Part shown: positions 31,622 to 40,563 of the stretch, one piece after another
Layout of the letters: each line of letters opens with the position of its first letter
Numbering within the stretch: position 1 is the first letter of the stretch
DNA from: Candidatus Hermodarchaeota archaeon
GTDB lineage: Archaea; Asgardarchaeota; Lokiarchaeia; Sigyniarchaeales; SOKP01
Reading direction: 5' to 3'
NCBI GenBank assembly: GCA_048885925.1
Contig: JBHLLG010000001.1
Location: 259,105-323,104, forward strand
Length of the DNA: 64,000 nt
Program-made: the position numbers and the translations under genes
The notes under the pieces: generated by a model
Seen by the model: the letters and a program-made list of their open reading frames with translations, nothing else
Database searches by the model: none
Told to the model about the DNA's origin: nothing

Positions 31622-31640
31622 TATTTAAAGAAAAAAGAGA
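31622..31640 (-). promoter_or_regulatory. radA promoter, T-tract type
   Basis: Minus strand CTCTTTTTTCTTTAAATAG, 59 nt above the ATG. Confidence 0.55.
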
Positions 31641-32225
31641 ACATTAGAAAAGAAGTAATAACTAGTGTTATTTTCAACACACAGAGAGGTGAGAAAGACT
31701 ACATCAAACCGGATTATTCAAAAGTCATATTGTATTACTTTTTTCTAATTATTAAGATTGCTCTTATTCCATTACTCAGTTATCATGTTAAGATCTTCTG
31801 TATCCTTTTTTAAATATTCTTGAAAGTCAAAATTAGCTAAGTTATCTAAATCATCTTTAAATATAATCACTAAATAAGGAAAAAAGTTATTTAAGGCTAA
31901 TAAATAAGTTCTTATCGTCTTTTCTGCTTTTGGAGTATCCTTTAGGTATTCTTTAAAATTGCCATAAAAATCAATTTTTAAAAATGGAAGTTACTTAAGT
32001 ATTAAAAGAAAAATAAAAGATAGCTACTGTGACGGTAGAAGAATATAAAAATCGTAGTTCACTAGAAGAATTTAATAAGAAAGGACCAAACCATAATATT
32101 CTTTTGTTTTAAAACCGGGGATGGAATGCCCCAATCTCTTTTTTTAAAGTAATATCATGAGAGAAAAATCATAAGAAATGTTAAAATGAAGGATTATTCA
32201 ATATTATACTAGAGGTAAATATAAA

Positions 32226-34712
32226 ATGATGGAATCACTTACTTTTGAACCACGTGAAATTGTTAAACAACCTTCTACGGAAAGAATTCGACTATTACGT
32301 GATAAATATTTATCGGAACCTTTGATGATCGACCCTGAGTATATTTATCGGTATATGGATGCTCATCGTAAAACTGATGGAATGAATGTTCTAGAAAGAA
32401 GGGCTGAATGTCATGCTTATGCTTTGGAGAATATAACATCATTTATAAGAGATAATGAACTTATTGTTGGAAGTAAAACTAGATTCGTTCGTGGGGCTAT
32501 TCCTTATTGTAATTATGCTTCTAATTATATTCTAAGAGTTTTTGAAAAGGAGCAACAAGAAGCTCAAGATAGTGTGACAGATTTAGGAGAAGGAGGTGGG
32601 ATTGCTAAAGGAAGGGAACTTGCTCAATCAGGAGACTTTGAGATTTTTTCTCACAAATTTCTAATATCAAAAAGTGATAAAAAGAAGCTGAAAGAATGTG
32701 CAGAATATTTTAGAGGTAAAAACATGCAAGATGTGGGTGATGCTTTATGGAAGACGACTTTTTCCGAAGCAGATTATATAGAAAAAGGTTGGGAAGCAGT
32801 TTTATACTCAGCCCCCCATGATCCTGCTCCTGAAGGAAGATACGTTCTTGATTTCGAAACAGCATTGAATGAAGGTTTTTTAAAAATTATTGATAGAATG
32901 AAAAATAATATCTTAAAAACACGAATAACTGACTTTAAATCAGCAGAAAAAGTATACTTTTGGAAAGCTGGAATAAGAGTACTAGAGGCAACAATTAATT
33001 GGGCTAATAATTATGCTAAAGAAGCAGAAAGATTAGCACAAATAGAAATGGATCCAAAAAGAAAACAAGAATTACTATTAATCGCTAATCATTGTAAATG
33101 GGTACCAAAAAATCCACCAAGAAACTTTAAGGAAGCTATACAAGCTTTTTGGTTTATTTACTTAGCTGGTCATATTGAGGGAGCTCATCTTGGGTATTCA
33201 CCTGGAAGATTCGATAGATATATGTATTCATTCTATAAGAAAGATACTAAAATTACTGATAATGAAGTACTAGAGTTATTAGAAGCATTACGCATAAAAA
33301 TGACAGAAATTGAATATGTGGCTTCCTTCTCATGGGAGGGACTTGGATCAGGAAATTTATTTCAAAATATGATTATTGGTGGGACCGATGAAAATGGAAG
33401 AAGAGGTGATAACGAATTATCGATATTAATTCTGAAAGCAGCTATTAATTGCCAGACTATACAACCAACCTTATCAATATGGTATGATGATTCTCTTAGT
33501 GAGGAATTTCTTTTAAAAGCAGTCGAATGCGTGAAAACTGGATGCGGTTTCCCAGCCTGGTTTAATCTCAAGATCTATATCCAACATGAATTACAAAAAT
33601 CTGGATTACCAGTTCCTGTTATTAGGCAATATGCTGCTATGGGAGGCTGTACCGAACCAACCATGGAAGGGATGAGTTATGGAATCGTTCAAGCAGGATT
33701 TATTAATCATGGGAAATTACTTGAATTAGCAATGTATGGGGGAAAAGATCCACGCACAGGTTTACAATTCACTGAAACAAAGATTCCTCAAAACTATGAA
33801 GAATTAATTAAGACTTATAAGATTCATTTAGAAATAGCTATACAGAATTGGCAATCTTACTGGAATATCGTTATGGCAGCTCATCGACAAACTTGTAACC
33901 TAATTTATTCTTCTGTTTTAATCCGCGATTGTATAGAAAGAGGTTTATCTCTTGATGATGGTGGAGCAATTTGTAATGAAGTACCAACTACTCTTTCCAC
34001 AGGGATGGTAAATGTTGCGAATTCTCTTGCTGCAGTAAAAAAGCTTGTAGAAGATCAAAGACTATATACAATGTTAGAAGTTATGGAATCTTGTAAGATT
34101 AATTTTAAGAACAACGATGATATGAGAAGAAAAACTCTTGATGCTCCTAAATGGGGTAATAATGATGATTATGTTGATGAGATTTTTGTTGATCTTTTTA
34201 ATACCTACTGCGATTTTGTAAAGAATGGGATTAATTATTTAGGTAAACCATATGATCCATCAATGCTAGCAATTAGTACTCATACACCATTTGGGAAAGT
34301 AACTGGAGCAACACCTGATGGTAGACTTGCAGGAGTTTCCTTATGCGATGGAGTAACATCACCATTCCCCGGAACTGATATTAATGGGCCAGTTGCTACA
34401 ATCTTATCAGCAGCGAAAGTTGACCATACCAAAATACGAGGTGGACTTCACAACATGAAATTCCATCCTAGCGCTCTAAAAGGAATTTCAGGTTCAAAAA
34501 AATTAATTTCCTTAATTAAAACATATTTTGATTTCCTTGGTTTTCAATTGCAATTTAATGTGGTTGATACTAAGATGCTAAGGGATGCCCAAAAGAATCC
34601 AGATAAATATCGTGATTTAATTGTTCGAGTCGCTGGATTTAGTGCTTTCTTTGTTGAATTAAGTAAGTCTATTCAAGACCAAGTTATTGAAAGAACTGAA
34701 TTAATGTTTTGA
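32226..34712 (+). CDS. Glycyl radical enzyme (PFL2/GRE family), substrate unknown
   Basis: GGCTEP Cys loop, KWGNND, LIVRVAGFS Gly loop. Confidence 0.9.
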   Translation: MMESLTFEPREIVKQPSTERIRLLRDKYLSEPLMIDPEYIYRYMDAHRKTDGMNVLERRAECHAYALENITSFIRDNELIVGSKTRFVRGAIPYCNYASNYILRVFEKEQQEAQDSVTDLGEGGGIAKGRELAQSGDFEIFSHKFLISKSDKKKLKECAEYFRGKNMQDVGDALWKTTFSEADYIEKGWEAVLYSAPHDPAPEGRYVLDFETALNEGFLKIIDRMKNNILKTRITDFKSAEKVYFWKAGIRVLEATINWANNYAKEAERLAQIEMDPKRKQELLLIANHCKWVPKNPPRNFKEAIQAFWFIYLAGHIEGAHLGYSPGRFDRYMYSFYKKDTKITDNEVLELLEALRIKMTEIEYVASFSWEGLGSGNLFQNMIIGGTDENGRRGDNELSILILKAAINCQTIQPTLSIWYDDSLSEEFLLKAVECVKTGCGFPAWFNLKIYIQHELQKSGLPVPVIRQYAAMGGCTEPTMEGMSYGIVQAGFINHGKLLELAMYGGKDPRTGLQFTETKIPQNYEELIKTYKIHLEIAIQNWQSYWNIVMAAHRQTCNLIYSSVLIRDCIERGLSLDDGGAICNEVPTTLSTGMVNVANSLAAVKKLVEDQRLYTMLEVMESCKINFKNNDDMRRKTLDAPKWGNNDDYVDEIFVDLFNTYCDFVKNGINYLGKPYDPSMLAISTHTPFGKVTGATPDGRLAGVSLCDGVTSPFPGTDINGPVATILSAAKVDHTKIRGGLHNMKFHPSALKGISGSKKLISLIKTYFDFLGFQLQFNVVDTKMLRDAQKNPDKYRDLIVRVAGFSAFFVELSKSIQDQVIERTELMF

Positions 34713-35665
34713 TGACGTTGGTGCCAGATTTAACAAATCCAATATCCTTCAAAAATGAACAAACAATAATTTTTAATATACAAGATTATTGTGTGGATGA
34801 TGGACCAGGAATAAGAACAGTTGTCTTTTTTAAGGGTTGTTATCTTCGATGTGCTTGGTGTTCGAACCCAGAAAGTCAATTATTTGAACCAGAAATTGTT
34901 TATTCAGAAATAAAATGCAAAAAATGTAGAAAATGTGAAAAAGCTTGTCCTTATTTTTATATTGATTTTTCCAATTTAGAATTCCCACTTATCAATAGAA
35001 AGAATTGTTCAATTTGTGAATCAAAGATATGTACAAAAGTATGCCCTGAGAATGCTTTAAAAATCTGTGGATACCCTATTACAGTTTTAGAGTTATTTGA
35101 GAGAGTAAAAAAGAATTCATTGTTATTCAGGAATTCAGGAGGTGGGATAACACTTTCGGGTGGTGAACCACTAGCCCATACAGACTTTATTAGGGAATTC
35201 TTAAAGAAGACTATGGCAATAGGGTTTTCTGTTGGGATAGAAACTTGTGGTTATTTTAATTGGGAAAAAGTAGTTGATCTTATACCAAATATTGATTTTT
35301 TCTTTTTTGACTTGAAGATTATGGATTCAGAGTCTCATAAAGCATTAACAGGGGTAAATAATGAAAAGATTCACTTAAATCTTAAAAAATTAAGTCAAAA
35401 TGAACTTAATAAGATTGCTATTACAGTCCCAATTGTTCCAGGAATTAATGATTATTTAGAAAACATTAAAAAGATCATCAATTTATGCACAGAATTAGGA
35501 ATCAAAAAAATTCGGTTTCTTAGATATCATGAATGGGGAAGAGGTAAATATGAAGAATTGGGGCGTCAATATTTATTAAATAAAAAATTGAAACTTCAAG
35601 AAAGTGATCTTAAGACCTTCGAAGTATTAGCTAGAAAAGCTGGTTTACAAGTTACCATTATTTAG
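34709..35665 (+). CDS. Glycyl radical enzyme activase with ferredoxin insert
   Basis: DGPGIRT, KGCYLRCAWCSNPE, two CxxCxxC clusters, GGEP. Confidence 0.93.
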   Translation: MMTLVPDLTNPISFKNEQTIIFNIQDYCVDDGPGIRTVVFFKGCYLRCAWCSNPESQLFEPEIVYSEIKCKKCRKCEKACPYFYIDFSNLEFPLINRKNCSICESKICTKVCPENALKICGYPITVLELFERVKKNSLLFRNSGGGITLSGGEPLAHTDFIREFLKKTMAIGFSVGIETCGYFNWEKVVDLIPNIDFFFFDLKIMDSESHKALTGVNNEKIHLNLKKLSQNELNKIAITVPIVPGINDYLENIKKIINLCTELGIKKIRFLRYHEWGRGKYEELGRQYLLNKKLKLQESDLKTFEVLARKAGLQVTII

Positions 35666-35874
35666 TATAAAATCATTAAGATCGATTTTGCAAAAAAAAT
35701 CATTCAAATGTAAACATATTTCATGGATTTTAAGTTTGGTCATTAACCTTCTGGTTCTTTGTCTAAATCTATTTATAGTGTAATTCTTGTAGTTCAATAA
35801 AAAGAAATAAGTAAAAATTCGAAATATATACAAAATATAATTTTATTTAAAAAAAAATAAGAATAAAAAAAGAG

Positions 35875-36255
35875 TTAATCTTCTAATAATATTTTTAATC
35901 CTTGTTTATACTGATGGGGAGTAACGCCATGTAATAGTGCTTGATGTATTTTTTTAATGTTCATCTTGTCATTAGAATTTGTTGTAGAAGCAAGTGGCTT
36001 TAACAGGTGGTATAATGAAAATTCAGAATCTTTTATCATTCCGAAGTAGCCTCCATAGGCATGGAATAGATTTGCCATGAATTCAAGGTCTTGCGGTGAA
36101 TTATCTCTATAGCATTTTTCACACACTACACCAAAAGTAAGTCCTTCTTTGTAAATTTTTGCCTCTCTCCCGATATGATTTCGGCATATCCCACATTGTA
36201 CACCACGATTGGTATGGGGATCAAGTGAGTCCAGATGTATTGAATTAAGCTCCAT
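35875..36255 (-). CDS. Small Zn-finger protein
   Basis: CGIC...CEKC; TATA 22 nt upstream. Confidence 0.75.
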   Translation of the reverse strand: MELNSIHLDSLDPHTNRGVQCGICRNHIGREAKIYKEGLTFGVVCEKCYRDNSPQDLEFMANLFHAYGGYFGMIKDSEFSLYHLLKPLASTTNSNDKMNIKKIHQALLHGVTPHQYKQGLKILLED

Positions 36256-36345
36256 AGTATACCTATAGACTGAAGATATTTAAAAAAAAAATGTTTTACA
36301 TACAAAAATCATTAAATTTTGTGTGTTTGGTGTTAGGGAATTATA

Positions 36346-37068
36346 TTAGAGGATATTGATACCTTTCTCATTAATAAGATAATCAAAATTTAACCGAGAA
36401 GAATTGAAGAAGATCCGAAGCTTTTTTTTTTTGGTGTTATAGTTATTACTAAGCTCTATATCTATTGTTTTTATTCTATGATATAATTTATAGAAGAATG
36501 GTCTATTGTATTGATCCTTAGGACTATAGGTTAATTCATGGATCAAGACGAGAACAATTCCTTTTAATTTACAAAATAAAAGGAGGGGCATCAACTGTGT
36601 ATCATAAAAGCTGTTTAGCAATGATGATACATTTGATATATTCGTGTATTGCATTAGCTGAAATCGGAGATGATGAGAGATGTTATCAATAACAATATAT
36701 CGAAGATTGGGAGGAAGAACCGTAGAAGGAGTTAAAATCTTCTCGATTATTGAAGTTTGTTGTTTATAACTCGAAATTGGATCTTTTTTTGGAATCACAT
36801 ATATATTTTGCTGGATATATTGTGATTCTTCACTTTGCTCTTGGAACAATTGTGATAATCGCTTAAAAGGAAATCTCTCACCTGCTTGAATCCAAACACA
36901 AGAATCATGATAGGGTTTTTTATCTACTAAAAAGTTTCCGATAATAAACATTGCAAGTGTGGTTTTACCAGTACCCGACTCTCCCGAAATAGATATAATA
37001 TAATGATGAGTACACAGTTTCTTAATTCCTTGAATAAAATCTACTGCGGAACAGGTATTAATCGTCAT
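36346..37068 (-). CDS. RadB-like RecA-fold ATPase (RadA paralog lacking the N-terminal domain)
   Basis: GESGTGKTT, ERFPFKRL.Q, IVIDNIS. Confidence 0.8.
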   Translation of the reverse strand: MTINTCSAVDFIQGIKKLCTHHYIISISGESGTGKTTLAMFIIGNFLVDKKPYHDSCVWIQAGERFPFKRLSQLFQEQSEESQYIQQNIYVIPKKDPISSYKQQTSIIEKILTPSTVLPPNLRYIVIDNISHHLRFQLMQYTNISNVSSLLNSFYDTQLMPLLLFCKLKGIVLVLIHELTYSPKDQYNRPFFYKLYHRIKTIDIELSNNYNTKKKKLRIFFNSSRLNFDYLINEKGINIL

Positions 37069-37402
37069 TTAATAAGCTCTGGATCTCTCTTTTGGTCTTA
37101 TCAATATAGCTTTCCTTTTGATTTTGTTCATGTTCATTATGAGATGGAGTTTTTGAAGCATTATCAGAGGAAAATAACTGCTGGATCATCATGAAGGTAA
37201 TTAAATCATTCATTCGATTATCTTGCTCCGATTGCTTTCCACTTAAAAAGCGAAATATACCACTTGAAGAGCTCGATTTTCGGGACTTAAAAAAAATAAA
37301 CACCCCAACAAATAACGCAATAATAACGACTGCATATACTGGGTTCTGCTGGTAAAAAAGAAAAAACCCTATAATTAATACAATATAACACAATCCTTTC
37401 AT
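37058..37402 (-). CDS. Small 2-TM membrane protein
   Basis: N-terminal TM hairpin; overlaps the RadB-like start. Confidence 0.7.
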   Translation of the reverse strand: MKGLCYIVLIIGFFLFYQQNPVYAVVIIALFVGVFIFFKSRKSSSSSGIFRFLSGKQSEQDNRMNDLITFMMIQQLFSSDNASKTPSHNEHEQNQKESYIDKTKREIQSLLNDD

Positions 37403-37410
37403 TTTTTATC

Positions 37411-38163
37411 TCACCACTCTCGATGTGGTTTTTTTGGTGTGTAATGACGGCGGGTAAAGCCTTTAAAATGTACTCTTGAAGGTTTTTGATAATTTCGTGA
37501 TGATAATTTATAGATAATACTCTTGATGCCAAAAACACTCCCTTTCAATGCAAAATAAATTCCGGCAATACTAAGATAATAAAATACATCTAAAATGAAT
37601 TGAACTTGGGTAAAGAGGAGAATCCCCCATAAAATCAGCCCTGAGCATATGATTAATAGGATTTGATACATCGAATGAGAGGGATCTAATCGAAAGGCTT
37701 GATCAATACACCGAAAATCTTGCGTAGACGGAGCAGCACCAAGTATTAATGAAATACATAAGAATCCCGCAACAATTCTCAACAATAAAATGTACACAGG
37801 ACTAAGCATAATAAAAAAGAAAAGGAGTATAAGCCATGTGGAAATATATAAAGGAGCTATGCAAATAACAATTGCTTGCAAAAAACTCTCGAGTTTCTCA
37901 GGTTTCACTACTCCATGCGGAGAACGAAACCCATTTTTTTCATTCCTCCATTTTATTGAGATACTTTCTGGCTTGGTTCCGACCGCTACACTCATTACCC
38001 AATGTGAAATTTCATGAACTACCACTCCTACAAATTCTAACCGTAATAGAATTGGATAAAAAGGACCTAATACCCTCTTTCCTTTTAATAGGATGTTCCT
38101 TACTAAAAGTGAAATACATAAGATTATAAAAAAAATAACTAATTCTTCTAGCATGGTATTCAA
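37411..38163 (-). CDS. M50-like membrane zinc metalloprotease; ATG at 38154 is the likely start
   Basis: VVVHEISH, IAPL, APSTQD, multiple TMs. Confidence 0.8.
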   Translation of the reverse strand: MNTMLEELVIFFIILCISLLVRNILLKGKRVLGPFYPILLRLEFVGVVVHEISHWVMSVAVGTKPESISIKWRNEKNGFRSPHGVVKPEKLESFLQAIVICIAPLYISTWLILLFFFIMLSPVYILLLRIVAGFLCISLILGAAPSTQDFRCIDQAFRLDPSHSMYQILLIICSGLILWGILLFTQVQFILDVFYYLSIAGIYFALKGSVFGIKSIIYKLSSRNYQKPSRVHFKGFTRRHYTPKKPHREW

Positions 38164-38577
38164 TACTAGCCTCCTAATTTAAAGAAAAAAAAATATTTTT
38201 CCTTTCGATACCATCTATAATTTATCGTTAGAAGCGCTAGGCTCCCCATTCTTGTATTTCTTAAGATCAAAGTTAGTAAAAGGTGTTCGATCACTATAGA
38301 AAAATCATTAGTTTAGGACGCTGTAATAAATTTCTTCTTTAAAAAAGAACCCAAGGCTTCACGGGAATAGTAAAAAAACATAAAATTAATACACTAAATT
38401 CTAAGATATGCTTAGACAAAAGTGTCAAAGGGTCAAATGAAAAAATGAGAAAAAGTTCCCCATTCCCAAAATTGAATTTGATGAGTAGGCGCCCTCTCCT
38501 CATAAATTTAATCACAGAAGATAATATTTAAAAGGCAAACTGGTACCCAAATATTCTTTAGAAAAATAAGAAAAATA

Positions 38578-39822
38578 GTGATCAAAGCAGTGGCAAGTAT
38601 TAAATCATTTCAAGAAAGTGCCCTCTCTCTAGATTCTTCCTTCTTAAAATGTGATATTTGTAGTTCGGAAGATATTCAGGAGGTTCGAGAGGGGTATGTG
38701 TGTTTAAATTGTGCTGTCGTATTAGAAGTTCAAAAATTGCAATATGATAGACCTTATAATGAAGATATAATACAATATGCAAAGGGTGTAGGCAGAACAG
38801 AAATAGGAACAAGGCGAGAAAGAGTAATCTCGCCTATTTCTATTAAATTACGTAGAATAAGTAAATATAATAAATTAATTGATAACGAACTAGCAGTTAA
38901 GGATACGGCGAGGGCTGAAATTGCAAGAATTTTTGGTTGTTTGGACTTAGCAGATTATAATGATGTAAAAACCATGGTTTTAAAGAGATCTTTATCAATT
39001 CGAAGAAATTTTCAATCGGGAACTAAGTATCGGAGTATAGAAAAATTAGTGACGATTGTTACTTATTTATGTTTAAAACTGCGAAGTATCCCTGTAAATC
39101 CATATAAATTATTAGAAAGTTCTAAGATTTCTAAAAAAGAATTTAATGATTTTATCTTACAGGTTCGAAGATATCTACCTGAATATGAAGAGCGAAATAG
39201 ACAGAAATATATAATTCATCGGATTTCAGAAGTATTTGAGCATTTTGGCTTGGGAATGCCATATTTTTACCTAGCAAAGAAAATTCTGTTTAGATTATGG
39301 CATGGAATTAAAAATACTACAGATGATGCGGTATGCGGATTAGTAAGTTCAATTGCATTAATCTGTTCTGACGAGAAAGGTGTTACGGTAAATTCTATCT
39401 GTAATTATCTGGGTATTAGAATGAGCACTGTACAATCACAGGTTAAAAAAAAACTTTTTGATCGTTTCAAAATAGAAGGGTTCGTAAGTTTGATAAGATC
39501 ATCTGATCTTTTGAAAATCCTTATTCGGAAGCTTGGATTGATAGAATGTGAGGCACCAGAAATAGTTATCACTTCTGATAGGATTAAAATTGTAGTTGGA
39601 GCTATAACCAAGATATTTAATGGTCATCATAATATTAATTACTATTTTTTTGCTTTAAGAGGAAATGACCATACTCCTACAGTTATTACTCTTAAAATCA
39701 ATGAATTTATTTTCAAAATCAATAATTCTAAAAACATGAAAGGGAATCGACTTCCCAATTTGCTTGAATTTGAAATATATAAGTATTTTCCCCATAAAGG
39801 GCCACCACTCAAAGTTAAATAG
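38578..39822 (+). CDS. Divergent TFB/TFIIB paralog with C-terminal extension
   Basis: CDIC...VCLNCAVV Zn ribbon, two cyclin-like repeats, final HTH (YLGIRMSTVQSQ). Confidence 0.7.
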   Translation: MIKAVASIKSFQESALSLDSSFLKCDICSSEDIQEVREGYVCLNCAVVLEVQKLQYDRPYNEDIIQYAKGVGRTEIGTRRERVISPISIKLRRISKYNKLIDNELAVKDTARAEIARIFGCLDLADYNDVKTMVLKRSLSIRRNFQSGTKYRSIEKLVTIVTYLCLKLRSIPVNPYKLLESSKISKKEFNDFILQVRRYLPEYEERNRQKYIIHRISEVFEHFGLGMPYFYLAKKILFRLWHGIKNTTDDAVCGLVSSIALICSDEKGVTVNSICNYLGIRMSTVQSQVKKKLFDRFKIEGFVSLIRSSDLLKILIRKLGLIECEAPEIVITSDRIKIVVGAITKIFNGHHNINYYFFALRGNDHTPTVITLKINEFIFKINNSKNMKGNRLPNLLEFEIYKYFPHKGPPLKVK

Positions 39823-39879
39823 AATGAGATCTTTACCTTTCAAAAGTGTAATAAATATCCTATTTTTTCTTCTTTTTCT

Positions 39880-40563
39880 ATGTTCCTATCTAATTTAGAT
39901 GTAAATTATGATTTTTTCTTTTTATATGACTATAATATTTTATATAGAATGACCGTGTCTTCGGAGTACAACCATGTCAATCCTGCACAATTTCGAAAAG
40001 GAGTGCACCTCATACATAAAATAGTCGATATTCTAGATGAATTTAAGCATAATTATAGTAAAAAGTTAAATTTTTCTAAATTGGCAGAACTTTTAAAGAT
40101 ACCAAAATCTGAAGTTGATGATCTTATTGCACTCCTTCTTAATGTTCAGGAGAAATTTGAAACTACCTTTAAAAATTACCATTTGACAAAAAAACGGGAA
40201 CAGGGGCAGTTATTTTTAGTAGTGGAAGAGAGGATTTCTATTCCACCAGTAAGAATCCCACAAGATATTATCTTATCTCAATCTCATTACAAACTATACA
40301 ATGATATTTTTTATATGTTTAGGTATTTGAATAGAGGGAAAGGATTTGATCTATCCGCTAATGGAACTGAGTTATCAACAAATATAAGACAATTAATCAG
40401 CCATCATCCCTATTTATTTGAGATAAAAGAAAGTGGTCTTATTTATCCCTCTACTTTAGGTATGAAATTAGGTGACCTTATTATCTCCTATAATAAAGGA
40501 AATAGACTAATTGAGCGGCTTGAACTTGATAATCATATAATAATGGTGAAAGAGAATGGGTGA
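39880..40563 (+). CDS. Putative winged-helix DNA-binding protein; ATG at 39949 is the likely start
   Basis: LNFSKLAELLKIPKSEVDDLI HTH-like segment. Confidence 0.6.
   Translation: MFLSNLDVNYDFFFLYDYNILYRMTVSSEYNHVNPAQFRKGVHLIHKIVDILDEFKHNYSKKLNFSKLAELLKIPKSEVDDLIALLLNVQEKFETTFKNYHLTKKREQGQLFLVVEERISIPPVRIPQDIILSQSHYKLYNDIFYMFRYLNRGKGFDLSANGTELSTNIRQLISHHPYLFEIKESGLIYPSTLGMKLGDLIISYNKGNRLIERLELDNHIIMVKENG

Noticed and set aside
32226-34712. Pyruvate formate-lyase (pflB) call
   Set aside because: Lacks the adjacent Cys-Cys active site; has the single-Cys GCxE loop of other GREs
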